Shown here: in pieces, positions 13,411 to 27,249 of the stretch
How positions within the stretch are numbered: the first letter of the stretch is position 1
How the letters are laid out: every line of letters starts with the position of its first letter
From: Camelus ferus
Taxonomy: Eukaryota
Assembly (NCBI RefSeq): GCF_009834535.1
Contig: NC_045697.1
Coordinates: 4,528,001 to 4,592,000 of the forward strand
Length of the DNA stretch: 64,000 bases
Reading direction: 5' to 3'
Program-made: the position numbers and the translations under genes
The notes under the pieces: model-generated
What the model was told of the DNA's origin: nothing
Databases searched by the model: none
Seen by the model: only the letters and a program-made list of their open reading frames with translations

Positions 13411-13581
13411 GCTTTCATGTCAGTCTTTATTGACGCCTTCCAGGGGAGAGGTGACGACGGCGGAAGGGGAGGCATGTCTAGGAAATACTGCCGACTTGGC
13501 AGGCAGCTTCATGCCTGCACCAGTACCCAAAGATCCCAGGAGTCATCGTGTTTCAGTAAATTGCTATTTACGGTGCAGCAC

Positions 13582-13825
13582 AACGATCCTCAAATTGCAG
13601 GCTGACTCTTGTCAGTGGGTTGTGCAATCAGTTCCATAATTCACAGCCAGTATTTAAAAATGGAAATCAACTAGGAAGTGTAGAAGGGCGCCACATACCA
13701 AGGGGAATGCTGTTTGGATGAAACGTCTGTTTCGGTTGTCCACATGTGCATGTGTATAATGGTGTATGGTCTTAAAATGTGTTTCTGACTGTGAGAAGCA
13801 GTCCAAAAAATTTGAAAAATACCAG
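13582..13825. mobile_element. hAT-Charlie-like non-autonomous DNA transposon remnant
   Basis: Ends caacgatcctcaaatt ... aatttgaaaaataccag are degenerate inverted termini; family not certain. Confidence 0.45.
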
Positions 13826-14785
13826 ATCAGCTATTTAATAGGATGGAAGTGGAGCGTGGAAAGATAAGAAGTTTAATTGAATTGAAGTGAGTCTGTGAGA
13901 TGTCAGGGAGATGTGCAGGTGACATTTTCTCCCTTTACATGGAATTTCCAGTACAGAAAATCAAGCTCATTTCTGCTTAGTTCACAGTATCATCATCAGT
14001 GTCCCAAAAAGAGTTTTTAACCCGAGATACAGTGATGTTATGTGGGGTCCCACCCTTAAGAGTGTCATCTCTCTGTGGCAAATCTCGTAATAAATATTTT
14101 TTGAGTCATGCTTTATATACATGTAGGATTTCCCGGGTGAAAAGACACAGACTTGCAATCACGAGAGGTTCACAGTGTGATGGGGAGACAGAGGATGAGG
14201 GTGACAAGCAAGGGGGATGCTGTCAGGGAACTCAAGGCACTGCAGCACCTGCAGTCCTGATGCCCATATGCATCTCTTTATTGCATTCTTACGTAATCCG
14301 TATGTTCCTGGGAATGTCTTGTCATGAAACCCTATTTCCAGATGAGGGGCAGAGGCTCAGAGTGGTGAGGGGGCTGTTCAACCAGCCCAGACCTCTAACC
14401 CTAAATCTCTCACCAGAGTTATTGGTATTTCGGAGCCAGTTTTGTAGGACTGCATGAACTCTGCGCTTCGCACCCGATATTTGCCAAATGGCAATTTTGC
14501 CCTGTTGTCATCAATATTTGCAGTTGCCTACAAAGACGCCTCGTTTCTGTGGTGACCTGTGGCTTCCTGAAAGGTGATAAAGGCAGACCCCTCCACGTGC
14601 TGAGCATCACCAATTCCGGGAGTCACACCTTTGGGCAGACCCTGAGCAATTCTCCTCGCAGGGATCTAACACCAATTATATCTGCCCTATGTGCCCCACC
14701 CCAACCCCACGCCAATACACACTGTCCAACAAAGCCTTCCAAGTGGCTCCCGAGTCCCCTCTTTCATGTTTGCTCCTGATTGTGG

Positions 14786-15145
14786 TTTTTTTTTTTTTTA
14801 ATGTTTTTTAATTGAAATGTAGTAATTTACAATGTGAGTTTCAGGTGTACAGCAAAGCAATTCAGTTATACACATACTACATATATATCTTTTCTTTTCA
14901 GATTCTTTTCCATTGCAGGTTATTACAAGGTATTGAATATAATTCTTTGTGCTATACAGTAGGTCCTTGTTGTTTATCTGTTTTATATATAGTACTGTGG
15001 AATCTAAAAAAAAAAAAAAAGATACAAATTCTATTTACAGACCAGAAACAGACTCATGGACATAGAAAACAAACTTTGGTTACCACATGGGAAAGGGTGG
15101 GGGAGGGATAAATTCAGAGTTTGGGACTAACAGACACACAGTGCT
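14786..15145 (-). mobile_element. 5'-truncated L1 3' end with internal inversion
   Basis: Poly(T) + reverse L1 3'UTR (14786-14993) joined to the adjacent upstream L1 segment in forward orientation (14994-15145). Confidence 0.85.
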
Positions 15146-15768
15146 TGTTTGCTTCGTCTTCTGCAAGCTTTCATGTCCATGACCGAGCAGCAGCGGCAGG
15201 CACTAGCAATTGAAGGAGAGCTTAACATGGAGGCAGTTCCACTCATTTGTATAAATTAATTCTGAAAATTAGGCAGGGATGCCCTTCTCTGCAGTGGGTG
15301 GATCACCCCAGTCCAGCCCACAGCTCCTGGGTGGGGAGAAGGGAAGATATAAAAGCAGAGAGATGTGTACTCCCGCCAGGCAGGGGGTGAAGTGGAAAGA
15401 GAAAAAAACCTTGAATCACACGCATGGAGGTTCGGTGACTTTTAGCCGTGTAACATTATTCAAGTCACTTCTGAGTAGCTCCACGGGGCGCGTTCACAGT
15501 AAGCAACAGCTGCTGTGACACCCGTGGGCCTGTCTCACCAACCAGAAGTCATGGTCTGCTGACCCTTACTGGGCCAGGCATTAGCCGTTTACGCATGGGG
15601 AAATGGAGAGGTCTGGGAAGTTCTGGATTGAAAGTGGGGACACTCAGGAGGTTCCAGGTGGCAGCTCTTTACAAACTGGTGTGAGGGTATTCGGTATTGG
15701 AACCACTGGCGCCGCCCTCCCAGAGTGCACCAGCCGATCCCGATCCTGCCTGCTGCGCAGTTTCCTTC

Positions 15769-16283
15769 TGTTATCAAGTGTTCTGCTCACCCCACGACAG
15801 GCCAGTATATCAGGAGATGAGGTGTTGGGGCAAGGAAAAACGACTTTATTTGGAAAGCCAGCAGACTGAGAGGATGGCAGACTAATGTCTTGGAGAACCA
15901 TGCTGCCCAAGTCAGAATTAAGGCTTATTTTATACTACAAAAAGGGGAGGGGGTGTGTTGGTTGTTGCAAACTTCTTGCTGTAGGAGTTCTTTGTTCTTG
16001 TAGCTGTCCACGTGGGTCAGGTCATGGCATCCCTGTAAAACCTCTTACAAAGCAAACGTTATTTTCTATTCTGCAACTTGTTATCTTTATATAATTGCAA
16101 AAGTGTTAATATCCTTAAAGATCAGAGCCTTGAGAATGGCTCGCCTGTATATTTCAGGCTAAAGGCAACATTGTTTTACAAAAGGTGCAGAGCCAGCAAG
16201 GCTAAGCCTAGAAAACAGGGCACAGGGTTTAAAACCAAAGGAACAGATCTAATACGGAGTCAGATTTGTTCTTTTCTATTACA
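15769..16283 (-). mobile_element. ERV1-type solo LTR
   Basis: TGTTAT...ATTACA termini; on the minus strand a TATA (TATAAAA, about 15927-15933) precedes AATAAA (about 15845-15850); flanks cttc/ctta are a near 4-bp TSD. Confidence 0.75.
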
Positions 16284-16314
16284 CTTACAAGGACTCAGGT
16301 AGCTCACGGGTGTG

Positions 16315-16499
16315 CAGGGTCCCCACTAGAGTGAGGTGAGTGAGGCACTCGCCTCCTGGGCAAAATTTAAGGGGGCGCCAGAAAAGTCATAGAGATAAAT
16401 TGTATTTTGAAGCAACGTTTCAATGCAAACATTTATGCAAAAAAAAAAAAAAAAGCACACGGAACAAAAGACCGAAGTTGAAAGTAAGGTCAGGCTCAG

Positions 16500-16500
<1 letters not shown>
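16315..16500 (+). mobile_element. MER96B-like hAT DNA transposon fragment
   Basis: cagggtccccactagagtgaggtgagtgaggcactcgcctcctgggcaaaatttaagggggcgcca matches the recalled MER96B 5' end. Confidence 0.65.
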
Positions 16501-17176
<676 letters not shown>

Positions 17177-17254
17177 TGATTTCCCGCTTTTCTGTAACTT
17201 TCTGGTACAGCCACTTGGTCAAGACGTGGACTCCATTTCCCAGTCGTCCTCTTC

Positions 17255-17560
17255 ATCCACCCACGCAACCCACCAGCCCATCCATCTGTCCCTCATTCCA
17301 CCCGCTCACCCATCCACCCATCTACCCAGCCAGCCGTAACCATCCACCCAAACCTCTCCCAGCCACCTCAATGCCCATCTGTCCCCCTACTCACCCACCC
17401 ATCCACCTGTCCACCCGCTTGTCTACCCACACTCCATCATCACATTCACCCCACCATCTGCTTGTCCATCTCTCCATCCAGCCATTCTCCGGGCAGCCAA
17501 CCAGCTACCCTTCATCCCTCATCATCTGTTCCCTCCTGTCTGTCCATCTGTCCAACATTT
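17255..17560. repeat. Degenerate (CCAT/CCAC)n simple repeat running into an L2-like tail
   Basis: Repeated catccaccc/ccatct units. Confidence 0.7.
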
Positions 17561-19409
17561 AGCGGGTCCCTGCCTGTGCCAGGCCCTTGCTAGATGCCCT
17601 CCTCCACGTGCAGTATTACATAACTGTCCTGTGCTGGTGACTTCTTCCCTGATCCACCCCATCCCTGGGAGAGCAACCACACTTTCCCGCCTCCCACTCA
17701 GCTCCAAAGGTGATGACAGTCCCCAGTGTGGTGGTGCTGTACGGGCATCCTTATTCCTTTAGACTGTGAACCCCTTGAGGGCAGGCCCTGGTCAGATGGG
17801 TTCTGTAGCCTCCGCCCCAGCAGCAGGACACAGGAGGTCCCCAGGGCTGTGCTGTAGAGAGCACGCAGGGTTGGATCCTTTTCTGGTTTTCCTATTTGCT
17901 ACTTCTGTGACCCTGAGCAAGTTTCTTAAGCTCTGGGGCGAGGGCAGGCTGGACACATTTATTCATCTGACTGATGGGAGAACAAAAACTTACTTTTAAA
18001 ATACTCCTGCTGTGTGTTTGGCACCCTCTGATGTTTTCAAAGGCATCATTTCATTTCATGCTCATGCAGACCATGAAGCAGGTACTGTTAGTAACCACAC
18101 TCCTCAGAGAATGAGGCTGAGGCTCAGAGAGGCAGTGCACTGACCTGTTGTCACACAGCTAGGAAGAGGTGGAACTGGAATTTAATCTAAATTGGATGTG
18201 AGTCCAGAGTGCTTCGTTTCTCCTGCAGCAGGCTGCCTCCCTGTCAAGAGAAAGTTAACTCAGCTCCCTCCAAGAGGTCACAATCCCTGCCACTCCCTAC
18301 TGGGTCAATTGACATTTAAGGAAAAATCAGGGAGCCACCTTAGCCCCAAAGAAGATTGCTCATTTAAAAAAAATCAAATTTATCTTTGGACCTGGCTAAT
18401 CTATTTCAAATTAACTGGAAATTTAAATGCTCTGCATTTTCTCAGGATAATGGAGTGTACCTGCCTAGACCCTTTTAATAATGAGTTTATCTGTGGTCAC
18501 ATTTTATCTGTTTAGAGCTTCATCCTACTAATGTCATTTCTACAAGCCCTGTTCCTTCTTTCTCCGTTTTATGCATCAGATAAAAGGAAAACAGTGTGCA
18601 TTTCATATTGGCACCGTACTGTAATTTTGGAAAATAAATTGTGTAGAGATGGAGATTGTCGTTTAGAATCCTTAATCCTGTAATTTTCCTACATGTAAGA
18701 CTTTAATTCATCCTGTTGGCTTAAGTCCTGATTGTCCCAGTCTCTCCATCTTCCCTTGCTCTTTCTTTTATCTGAGAAAAAGGGTGGTTACCTAAATATT
18801 TCAGAGATGCTGCTGACATTTTGTACACTTCATGTTCTCTCATTTAATCCTTAGAACAGCCTTGCAAGCCAGGTGCTGTTATCCCACTGAATAGATGGAG
18901 AAACGGGGCTCTGGGTGGTTAGGTGACTTGACCACAGGCACCCAGCTCTGAAGCATCAGGGCTGCTGCCCTTACCGTCGAGATGCTGGAGCAGAGCTGGT
19001 TCTTGAGGAGTCTGGGGCATTAGATAACTTGTGTGCGATCAGTTACAAGGCCCTTGTCCACATGCATCTGTGACCTTCTCCATGTTTCGCGCCTCATCAT
19101 TGAAAAGTCCCACTGCCCCAGGAGGATGGCAGCTCACATGGAGCCCGTGCCCTCAAGACTTTGCTGGAGGCTGCTGTGCATGGTCAAAATCCTCTCAGAA
19201 ACTCCTTAAATTGCCCATAAAGTGTGGTTCCCAGCTAGTTCTGCCTCTAGCATTGGGAGAAGCCAACCCATCATCAGCTGAGTAGAAGAGGAAGCAGGGG
19301 CTGCTGTGTAGGGGCCTGTGGAAGAGAAAATGCTGATCCTTGAGCACTGGAGCCACGCGCACGGGGGTGAGATGCTCCCACTTTAAGTGACAGGTGGGAC
19401 CCGAAGTGG

Positions 19410-19620
19410 ACAGAGGCAGTGTCGATTCCAGCACGGCTCTGCCTCTTACCAGCTGAGATACCGTCAGGCAGGTTACTAAACATTTCTGGCCTCAGTGTTC
19501 CCAGCTGTGAAGTGGGAACAACACTGAGACTTGCCTTGAGTGTGATTATGAGGATGAGATGAGAAAGTACAGGGAGGGCTCTTAGCACAGTGCCTGGCAC
19601 CCGTAAGTGACCAACCAGGT
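19410..19620 (+). mobile_element. MIR SINE
   Basis: ggctctgcctcttaccagctg...ggcctcagtgttcccagctgtgaagtggg...cttagcacagtgcctggcac. Confidence 0.75.
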
Positions 19621-20070
19621 TTGGCTCCTGCCACGTCATTGTCACTGTCCCCGTCATCCTCTTCACCATCGTCTCTTCCTGGGCTCGCCTCATCCCGTGG
19701 GAGGCTGGGTAGACTCACCCACACTGCTTACAGGATGGTTTCCTCTATCTTGGCTTTTCGTGTGTTTGTCCCAGGGCTTACCCTTGACTGGAGAAGGTTA
19801 AATGTGACTGTGATTTGTCTCCTCTGATCTGCGGAGGTGCTGGTGGAAACATAGGCTGACGGGGCCCCGGAGTGGACGGGGCCTGTGGTCACTAACTCCT
19901 CCGTGATGGGCCGAGGGGGACTCAGAGCACTGTAGTGGCTTTCTGGGCAGGGCCATCCCCAGGTGTAGTTCTCCTGGCCCAAGGGCTGGGAACTGCTGCC
20001 TAGTTTCAGAGGTCAGAGGTCAGCCTGCAGGGGGCAGGTGAGGTGGGGGAGGCCCAGCCTGGTGACCTCA

Positions 20071-20478
20071 GTGGTGAACAGCACAGTGATTACACATGTA
20101 TACTCTTTTTCATATTCTTTTTCATTACACGTTATGACAAGATATTGAATGTAGTTCCTTGTTCTCTACCCTTCTTACACTGTTAGTAGGAATATAATTT
20201 GGCGCAGCCACTGTGGAAGACAGTATGGAGATTCCTTAAAAAACAAAAAAATAGAGTTAGTGTATGATCCAGCAATCCCACTCCTGGGCATATATCTGGA
20301 AAAAACTAATTTGAAAAGATACATGCACCCCAGTGTTCATAGCAGCACTGTTTACAACAGCCAAGATGTGGAAGCACCTAAATGTCCATTGACAGGTGAC
20401 TGGATAAAGAAGTTGTGGTATATATACACAATGGAATATTACTCAGCCATTAAAAATGAAATAATGCCATTTGCAGCA
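20071..20478. mobile_element. Rearranged L1 fragment (reverse 3'UTR piece + forward ORF2 3' end) inserted in an MLT1 remnant
   Basis: YDPAIPLLGIY...KKLWYIYTMEYYSAIKNEIMPFAA is the L1 ORF2 C-terminus; flanked by TGACCTCA direct repeats (20063-20070, 20479-20486). Confidence 0.85.
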
Positions 20479-20608
20479 TGACCTCACCTTAATTTACATC
20501 TGCAGAGGCCCTATTTCCAAATAAGGTCATGGTCACAGGTACTGGTCGTGGGGTGGGCCGTTTGGACTTGAACATACCTTGCAGGGGACTCAGTTCAGCC
20601 CCCAAACA
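20479..20608 (-). mobile_element. MLT1 LTR fragment
   Basis: tgacctcaccttaatttacatctgcagaggccctatttccaaataaggtca...ttcagcccccaaaca. Confidence 0.7.
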
Positions 20609-21244
20609 TGCAGTCATGTGGTCAGTGATGGGTATGTTCTCGCCGCCTCCTCCTTGGCGTCCTTCGGGTGCTATTCCCTCTTCTGGCCTCCCAGGGCCTG
20701 GGTTCCACCCCGTCTGTGCCCCTGTGAACTTGGGACGTCCTTGAGCCCCTGCGGATTGTGCTGGGTGAGGGGGTAGCAGCCCTCGCTATCTCATGAGTGT
20801 GTCAGAGCGAAAACCCGATGAGAGTGAATGTCAAAGCCCTTTAAAGACGGAACAAATGTCTGGTACCATTTCGGCAGAAAATGTCACAGGACAGTCGCCA
20901 ACTCTGGCTTTTAGCAATCTTAAACGGCGGCCTGCGAGCCGCCCTGGGAGAGTGCTGTCAGCAAGGGCTCACTTTGGCTGTCAGTGTCCATTTCATCGTT
21001 TCCTCGTGGTTTGTGCGTCTCTTGCGTGTCTTGCTCTCACTTCTGGGAGGCAGGCTCCCACCTCCTTGCTAACGATCCCTCCCAGGGGGCTCGGCACCAG
21101 GGAGACCTGCTTCTTGCTGCAGCCAGACATTGGCAGTCCTCCCAGGTGGAGACAGGCAGGGCCGAGTCCCCCCAGCTGGTGGGGCCCGGAGCCTTGCTAG
21201 TCACTTCTGTGCTTCAATTCCTTACTGAGCAAATAGAGACTTCC

Positions 21245-21642
21245 GTACTGCGGGGGTTTCCTGGGGCTGCCCTAGCAGAGGCCCACAAACTGTGTGGTTT
21301 AAACAACAGTCCTCCAGGATCAAGGCGTTGGCAGGGTGCTTCCTTCCGAGGCCTCTGAGGGAGGGTCAGTTCCGGGCCTCTCTCCTTGGCTCGTGGACGG
21401 CCGTCTTCTCCCTGTGTCTCTGCTCATTGACTTGCTTCTAGCATGTCCATCTCTGTCCAAACGTCTCCTTTTTATGAGGACGCCAGTCATGCTGGCTTAG
21501 GGCCCACCCTCTTGACCTCATTGTGACTTAATTAATTATGTCTGCCATGACTGCTTCCAAATCAGGTCCTGCTCTGAGCTACTGAGGGGTGGTGGCTGGG
21601 ACTGCAGCTTAGGAGTTTTTGGGGACATGACTGCACCCACCA
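21245..21642 (-). mobile_element. MLT1-type solo LTR
   Basis: tttcctggggctgcc...ccacaaactgtgtggtttaaacaacag...ttagggcccaccctcttgacctca. Confidence 0.75.
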
Positions 21643-23987
21643 CAAGCACCCCCTGCATGCACTGCTGTGAGGCCCCGTGAGACAGTGCAGCTGTCAGTTT
21701 CTGGTTCCTTGCTGTGCTTCTTTGCCAGGTTCGTGGGAGCACAAGGGATCCCTGTGTTTATTGGGGTGTCTTTGCATCAGGCACTCTCCCCAGGCTCTAC
21801 GTCTGTTGTCCACTCATTTTGTCCCTCAGCGACCTTTGAGGGCGGCACTATTTTATCCGTTTTACACGTGAGGAAGTGGAGGCATGGAGAGTCCCAGGGT
21901 CCTGCAGATTTGCAGTGGTGGGGCAGGATTTGCACCCCAGCAGGCTGACCCCAAGATGGGCTGGTGAATACCATCATCAGTGGGTCCAGGTTCAGCATTT
22001 AACAATTGCTCACTCAGTACAATGAGGTGTGCTCGGGCGTGAGCCGGGCACCGGGGCTGGGAAGTAAGACAGGACCCCTGCCGGTGCAGGATGATGAGAC
22101 TGAGGCGGCGGGGAGGGGGATGAGGGTGGAGACAGAGGAAGGGGGAAGGGGCCTGACAGCCTGTGGGTCACTGTTGGGGACCCTGTGTTTGGAATGAGGA
22201 ATGGAACCAGGGCCATGGGGTTTGTCAGAGTCTTCCAGGCTGTCTTCCTCTCAGAGGGCACTGACAGCCCTGACTCTGAGCATCTTGGAGTCACAAAGGG
22301 CCACCTTGAGAGGAAGACATCCGCCTGAGGGGGCCCTGGGGAGACATAAAGTACCAGCCAGTCACCAGCTCCTGGGGGAGCATAGCCTTTTAAAATTAAA
22401 ATGCTAGAACCTATTGATAACAACACTGCAACGCCAGGTGGTGCCCTTCAGGGTCTTGGTCCCGTCCGTGGCCGTGGCCGTGCACGTGTGAAATCATACT
22501 CAGAGTTCTGAGAGCGTTGCACGCATGCGTGATTTCCCAAGCCTGAGGGTGCATTTCCAAAGGGGTGGGGCCTAGAGGGGTTAAAAACCACGGGCAAGCG
22601 GTCTTAAATGCCTTTCCCTGGACAACGGTGGTGACCCCCGAATGACCTTCCTTCATAAACCCCCAGTGGCTCCATTGTCTTGGGACCCAGCCCCACTTCC
22701 TAACCTCTGCATTTGAGCCCCTGCTGCTCCAGCCCGCTGCCCCAGGCTCACTGCCCACCCACCCTGGGCTCCTGCAGGCCCCTGAATATGCCAGCCTCCT
22801 CCAACCTGTTCACCTTCCGTGTATCTAGGAGCTCCTACAACCTGTTCCCCGTGGCCGCTTGGTAACCCTGTTACTGTCTGTCCATTGGGTAAGAATGTCA
22901 CTTCCTCCACGAGGTCTCTCCTGACCTCACGTCAGCTCTTCCCCTCTTCAGTGCCCCCATTGTGACATGCACCCCTCACAGCTGTGCCTTCCTCCTCATC
23001 ACCACCTGGGGTCCATTCAGCCCTAAGTCGCAGCCCCGCCACAGGCTGCGGAACGCTAGGTGGGCGGGTGACTCAGTGAGTAAGTGGCCGCAAGAAGGTA
23101 TTTCCTCCACTGCCTGTGGGGAATGGAAGCTTCCAGCTGAAGGGAGCACTTCAAGATGGGAATGCTGGGAAGTGAGGTATAGAAATTGGGAACCCAGAGG
23201 GAAGTGAGCCCCATACAGAAAACCATCACAGATCATTATTAGGGTGCCTCCACCCAAACCGGCCCCTTGGTTACATCTGATGGGCTCTGGTGTCGTGGTG
23301 TAAATTATGATGAGAGTAATCATTATGAGAAGATATTTTATTTGCTTCATATTCGCAAAGCACTTTCCCAGATAGGATCTCATTTGATGCCGGGAGGTAG
23401 CCAGGCAGGGATCAGCGTTTTTGTCCCCAGCCCCACAGAAGGGGCACATGCTTGCCTGGGATCACACAGTTCACAGTGCCTAGAGCCAGGTGCTTGGAGC
23501 CCCTAAGGGATGACCACCGCAAGAGCAAACTCCTGACCTGGGGAGGGGTTTGGGGAGGGGGGTTCTGCTCAGGATCACAGGAAAAAGAAAATTTAAAAGG
23601 ACTGTGGTTTGCAAGGTAAGCCGGGCTTACCTGCAGATGTGTCCAAATGCTTTTCAGCAAGTGGGCACTGTGCACCGTGCACGTCCCAGGCACCGTGCCG
23701 GGCACTGGGGCTGGAGGGCTGACCAGGCTCTTCAAAAGCTTACAGGGGAGACAGACACAAGAGCAGAAACGGCACTTCGGGCAATGACTGCTACAGCAGG
23801 GGACAGCCGGGGAGCTGTGGCCTGGCCTAGAGGGTAACAAGAAAACAGTACGAAGAGATTAAAAGTCGTACACTTAATAATATCAGTGTCAGGCAGTCAT
23901 CCCAGAGCTGAGGTCACGCCCCCGGGGACAGCGGCACCAGGAATGCTGGATGCTCTGGCCAGCCTCTGCGCCCCAGCAGTGTGAGTA

Positions 23988-24006
23988 GAGCGACCCCTGG
24001 TGGCAG
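23988..24006 (-). promoter_or_regulatory. Candidate CTCF core motif
   Basis: Minus strand reads CTGCCACCAGGGGTCGCTC, close to the CTCF core CCACCAGGGGGCGC. Confidence 0.5.
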
Positions 24007-27000
24007 ATACAAGAATCTTCATTGTTCCCTGAGTCCAGGCAGCCCCCGCCTACTCAGAGCTTGCACCTGCAGAAGTGCCTGTCACACAGCTGTCACTCAC
24101 TCCGGCAGTGGCAGCGAGCAAGAACTTTAAAACATAGTGTCAACAGTGTCAAAAAACAAAACATAGGCAAAATCCAAGAACATAAGAATAATATAAAAGG
24201 AAATAGAAATGGCCAGTGATCTTACCAAAAAATGTCAGTTCCATTACTTATAAAATAAGTACAAATCAGCAAAACCTCAAGATTCCATTTTATTCTAAAT
24301 ACTTGTCAAATTTTAAAAGTATCTCAGCACTGTTTGTAGTTGGTAAAACTTGGAAACAACGTACCTGTCTGATCAGAGGGACCCGACCTGGTGAGTGAAG
24401 GCGTTCCTCACGTCAGAGATTAGTGGGCAGCCCCCAAATGGCACGTTGCAGAAGAACGTGCAGGAGACATGCTCCTTTGAGACCATCACGTGAAAAATGC
24501 ACAAAGCAAAAAATCAACATTTTGGAGAAACAGACTTTTGAAAGAATTTAAATGTCTATGGATAGAAAAGAGCCTGGCGGGATTTGTTCTAACTCATTCA
24601 TAATATTTGTTTTTGGCTCACGGTATTCCTTGTTTTCTTCTTTTTTATTATTTTTCAAGATAATTACACGTTTAAACTAAAGCCACGTAAAGCTACAGGC
24701 AAATGCTTCCTGCGAGTGTTGAAAAGCAGGAAGGGTTGACAAGACTGAGCAGAGAGGGGCAGGAAGCGGGGGAGAAGGCCCGGGTCAAGTTCGGAGACCT
24801 GCATTCTGGTCCTGTTCTCCCACCACGTGTGCTGTGCAACCTCAGACAAGTCACTCTCCCTCTCTGAGGATGGCTTTCATCACTTGTGAAATGAAGGGGG
24901 TACACATCATCGTCCAGGAAGCCCTCCACTGGATGGCACCGCCTCGAGGCAGGGGTCTGTGCGCGTGTTACCCATGGCTGCATCCCCAGCCCCAGAGCGG
25001 TGCCTGCCATGTAGTAGGTGTTCAGTAAGAATGAGCTGAACTGAACTGAAGTCAGTTGGAACGAAATTCAAATGGAAATGAACAGCACAGCGATGGCGGC
25101 CTTCGGCACTGCCCTCCGCCTCCCTGCCTCCGTCTGTTCCTTTCTCTTGCTTGTCTTGTGTTTTTGAATTTCTGTCTCTCCCTTTCTCTATCATAGTCCG
25201 TCTCTCTTCTTTCTTCCTCGTGGACCTCCTCTCTCTTCTCTGCTACCTTCTCTCCCTCTCCTTCATCTCCTTGTCTCCACCTCGTTCCAATGGTGATTTT
25301 AGGCTGTTGACAAAAATGTATAATTCTGATCAAGTGAGAAGCCAATGGATAAACCCCAGAGGCACCCAAAGTGCTGTGGGCCGAGGCCCCTGTGGCGGGC
25401 AGGCCGGGCAGGTCTGGGTGGGAGCAGAAGGCTGGGCCCAGGCCTCTCTGGCTTTAACTGGTCTGGGCTGAAGCTCTGTTCTGGTGCTTGTTAAAAGCTT
25501 CTGGGTGATTCTAAGGTGTGGCCAGGGATGGAGACCCCTGGTCTATGACGAGAACTGGACAAGACACAAACCGTCACATGGGAACCAGAGGGTCACAAAC
25601 TTGGGTCGTGAGGAGGAGGCGCTGTGGGAGGGAAGGGGCTTCATTCCGGGGCGGGGGGAGGTCAGGGAAGGCCTCAGCAAGGATTTGGCCTTTAAGCTGA
25701 GCCTGGCGGGGAGCAGGTGGGCCAGGCAGAGGGGCAGGGGAGAGAGGTGTAGGCGGCAGGCACTAGGGGTGCCAGGCCCCAGTGCAGGAGGGAGAGGGGT
25801 CCCCTTGGGGAGCAGAGATGGGGGTAGTGAGGCCCAGGGCAGGGGGGAAGGGGTTCTATCTTTCAGGCCAGTGGGAAGCTGGAAGGGCTGGAAACAGGAG
25901 AGCAACCCCCAGCCCAGTTTCCATTTCAGTGCGATTGTTTGGATGCTGAGTGGGGTGTGGAGGCGGGGCGAGTGCCAGGTGCGGGGAGGGAGGGCTTTGC
26001 CAGCAAACAGCCGGCGGCCAATACCCGACCCAGGAGGATGCTCCAGGCAGGCAGGAGGAACAGCATACGCGGAGGTGCGGAGAAAGGCTGGGACCCGGGT
26101 GGGGACCCTGTGTCACAGGAGGCCCTGTGAGCAGAAACCAGGATGAGGGGCGTCAGGGCCACAGTGGCCGCCCTGGAAGGGCCCCCGCGCCGGATTTCAG
26201 CACAGGAGCCGGCCCTGGGGCCTGCAGGGAGCCGGGGGTGCTGGCAGGCCAGAGAGTGCATTTTAAGGGGGTGTCGCTGGCCGCTGCGGGCAGGCTGGAG
26301 AGGAAGCAGGAGGCCCAGTTGGGGGTCGATGTGGGCTCTGCTGAGAACAGGTGAGGGCGTGGGGCACAGATGAGGGGGGCGGGGCATTACCTGCTCATTT
26401 CTGTTCCTCTCTTCCCTGGAACAGCACCTGACGCAGAGTAGGAGCCTAATGAATGCTTGCTGAGTCTGCAGCGTCTGCCTCCCTGCAGGTCTATCCATCT
26501 GGGTCTCAAACATTACTAAGCACCTAGTGCGGGGCAGGCTAGGATGAGGGCGCAGACAGAATGGAGGCCAGTATCCTTCCTGCAGGGCCTCAGGTGTGCT
26601 GGGGGGCCAGCTGGGAAGTGATCAGCACCCGTTAGAACCGGGCAGTGGAACCTGTGAGAGACCCACCCCCGGCCCCTAGTGGACAGCGGTTGGAGCTGAG
26701 ATTTTCTGCCCCCCGCCACGACTTTGGTGCAGTAGGCGTGGTCAAGGTGCTGCCTCTAACATGCTTCATGGGGCGGGCAAACTCGGGGCTCCTTGCTGTA
26801 CCCCTTCTTGCCTTTTGGGGTGAGGCCCAGGGAAGAGAAGTGCCACCCAGACACCTGGCTGTGGCATTAGGGGCTTGTGGACAGTTGAGGGGCAGGACCA
26901 CCCGGAGGCCCGGGGCAGGCACCACCTCTGTGGGTGGACACAGATGGAACTTCGGCTCAGGAAGGAGAGGGGACTGGTGCCTTTGGTGCCCCCTTGGGAG

Positions 27001-27249
27001 CCCAGAGGAATCCTGGCTGCACAGACAAGCTCCTCATCTGCTAAATGGCGCCCGGGTGCTAATAGGGGGCAGTTTGGCTGGCAGAACCGAGAACACAGGA
27101 CCAGATCATGTGCCCTCTGCTGTCCTCATCCAGAGAGGGGATCTGACTCCTTCCTGGGGTCCTTGGGAGGGACCTGTGGGGATGAAGTTGGAGGGAAGCC
27201 ACAACCAAGGGCACTGACAGCTTTCTTGACTTCTTGTGTCTCCCTCAAG

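Noticed and set aside
25484..26513. 220-aa and 195-aa ORFs
   Set aside because: GC-rich intron with L2/MER5-like remnants; no splice or homology support
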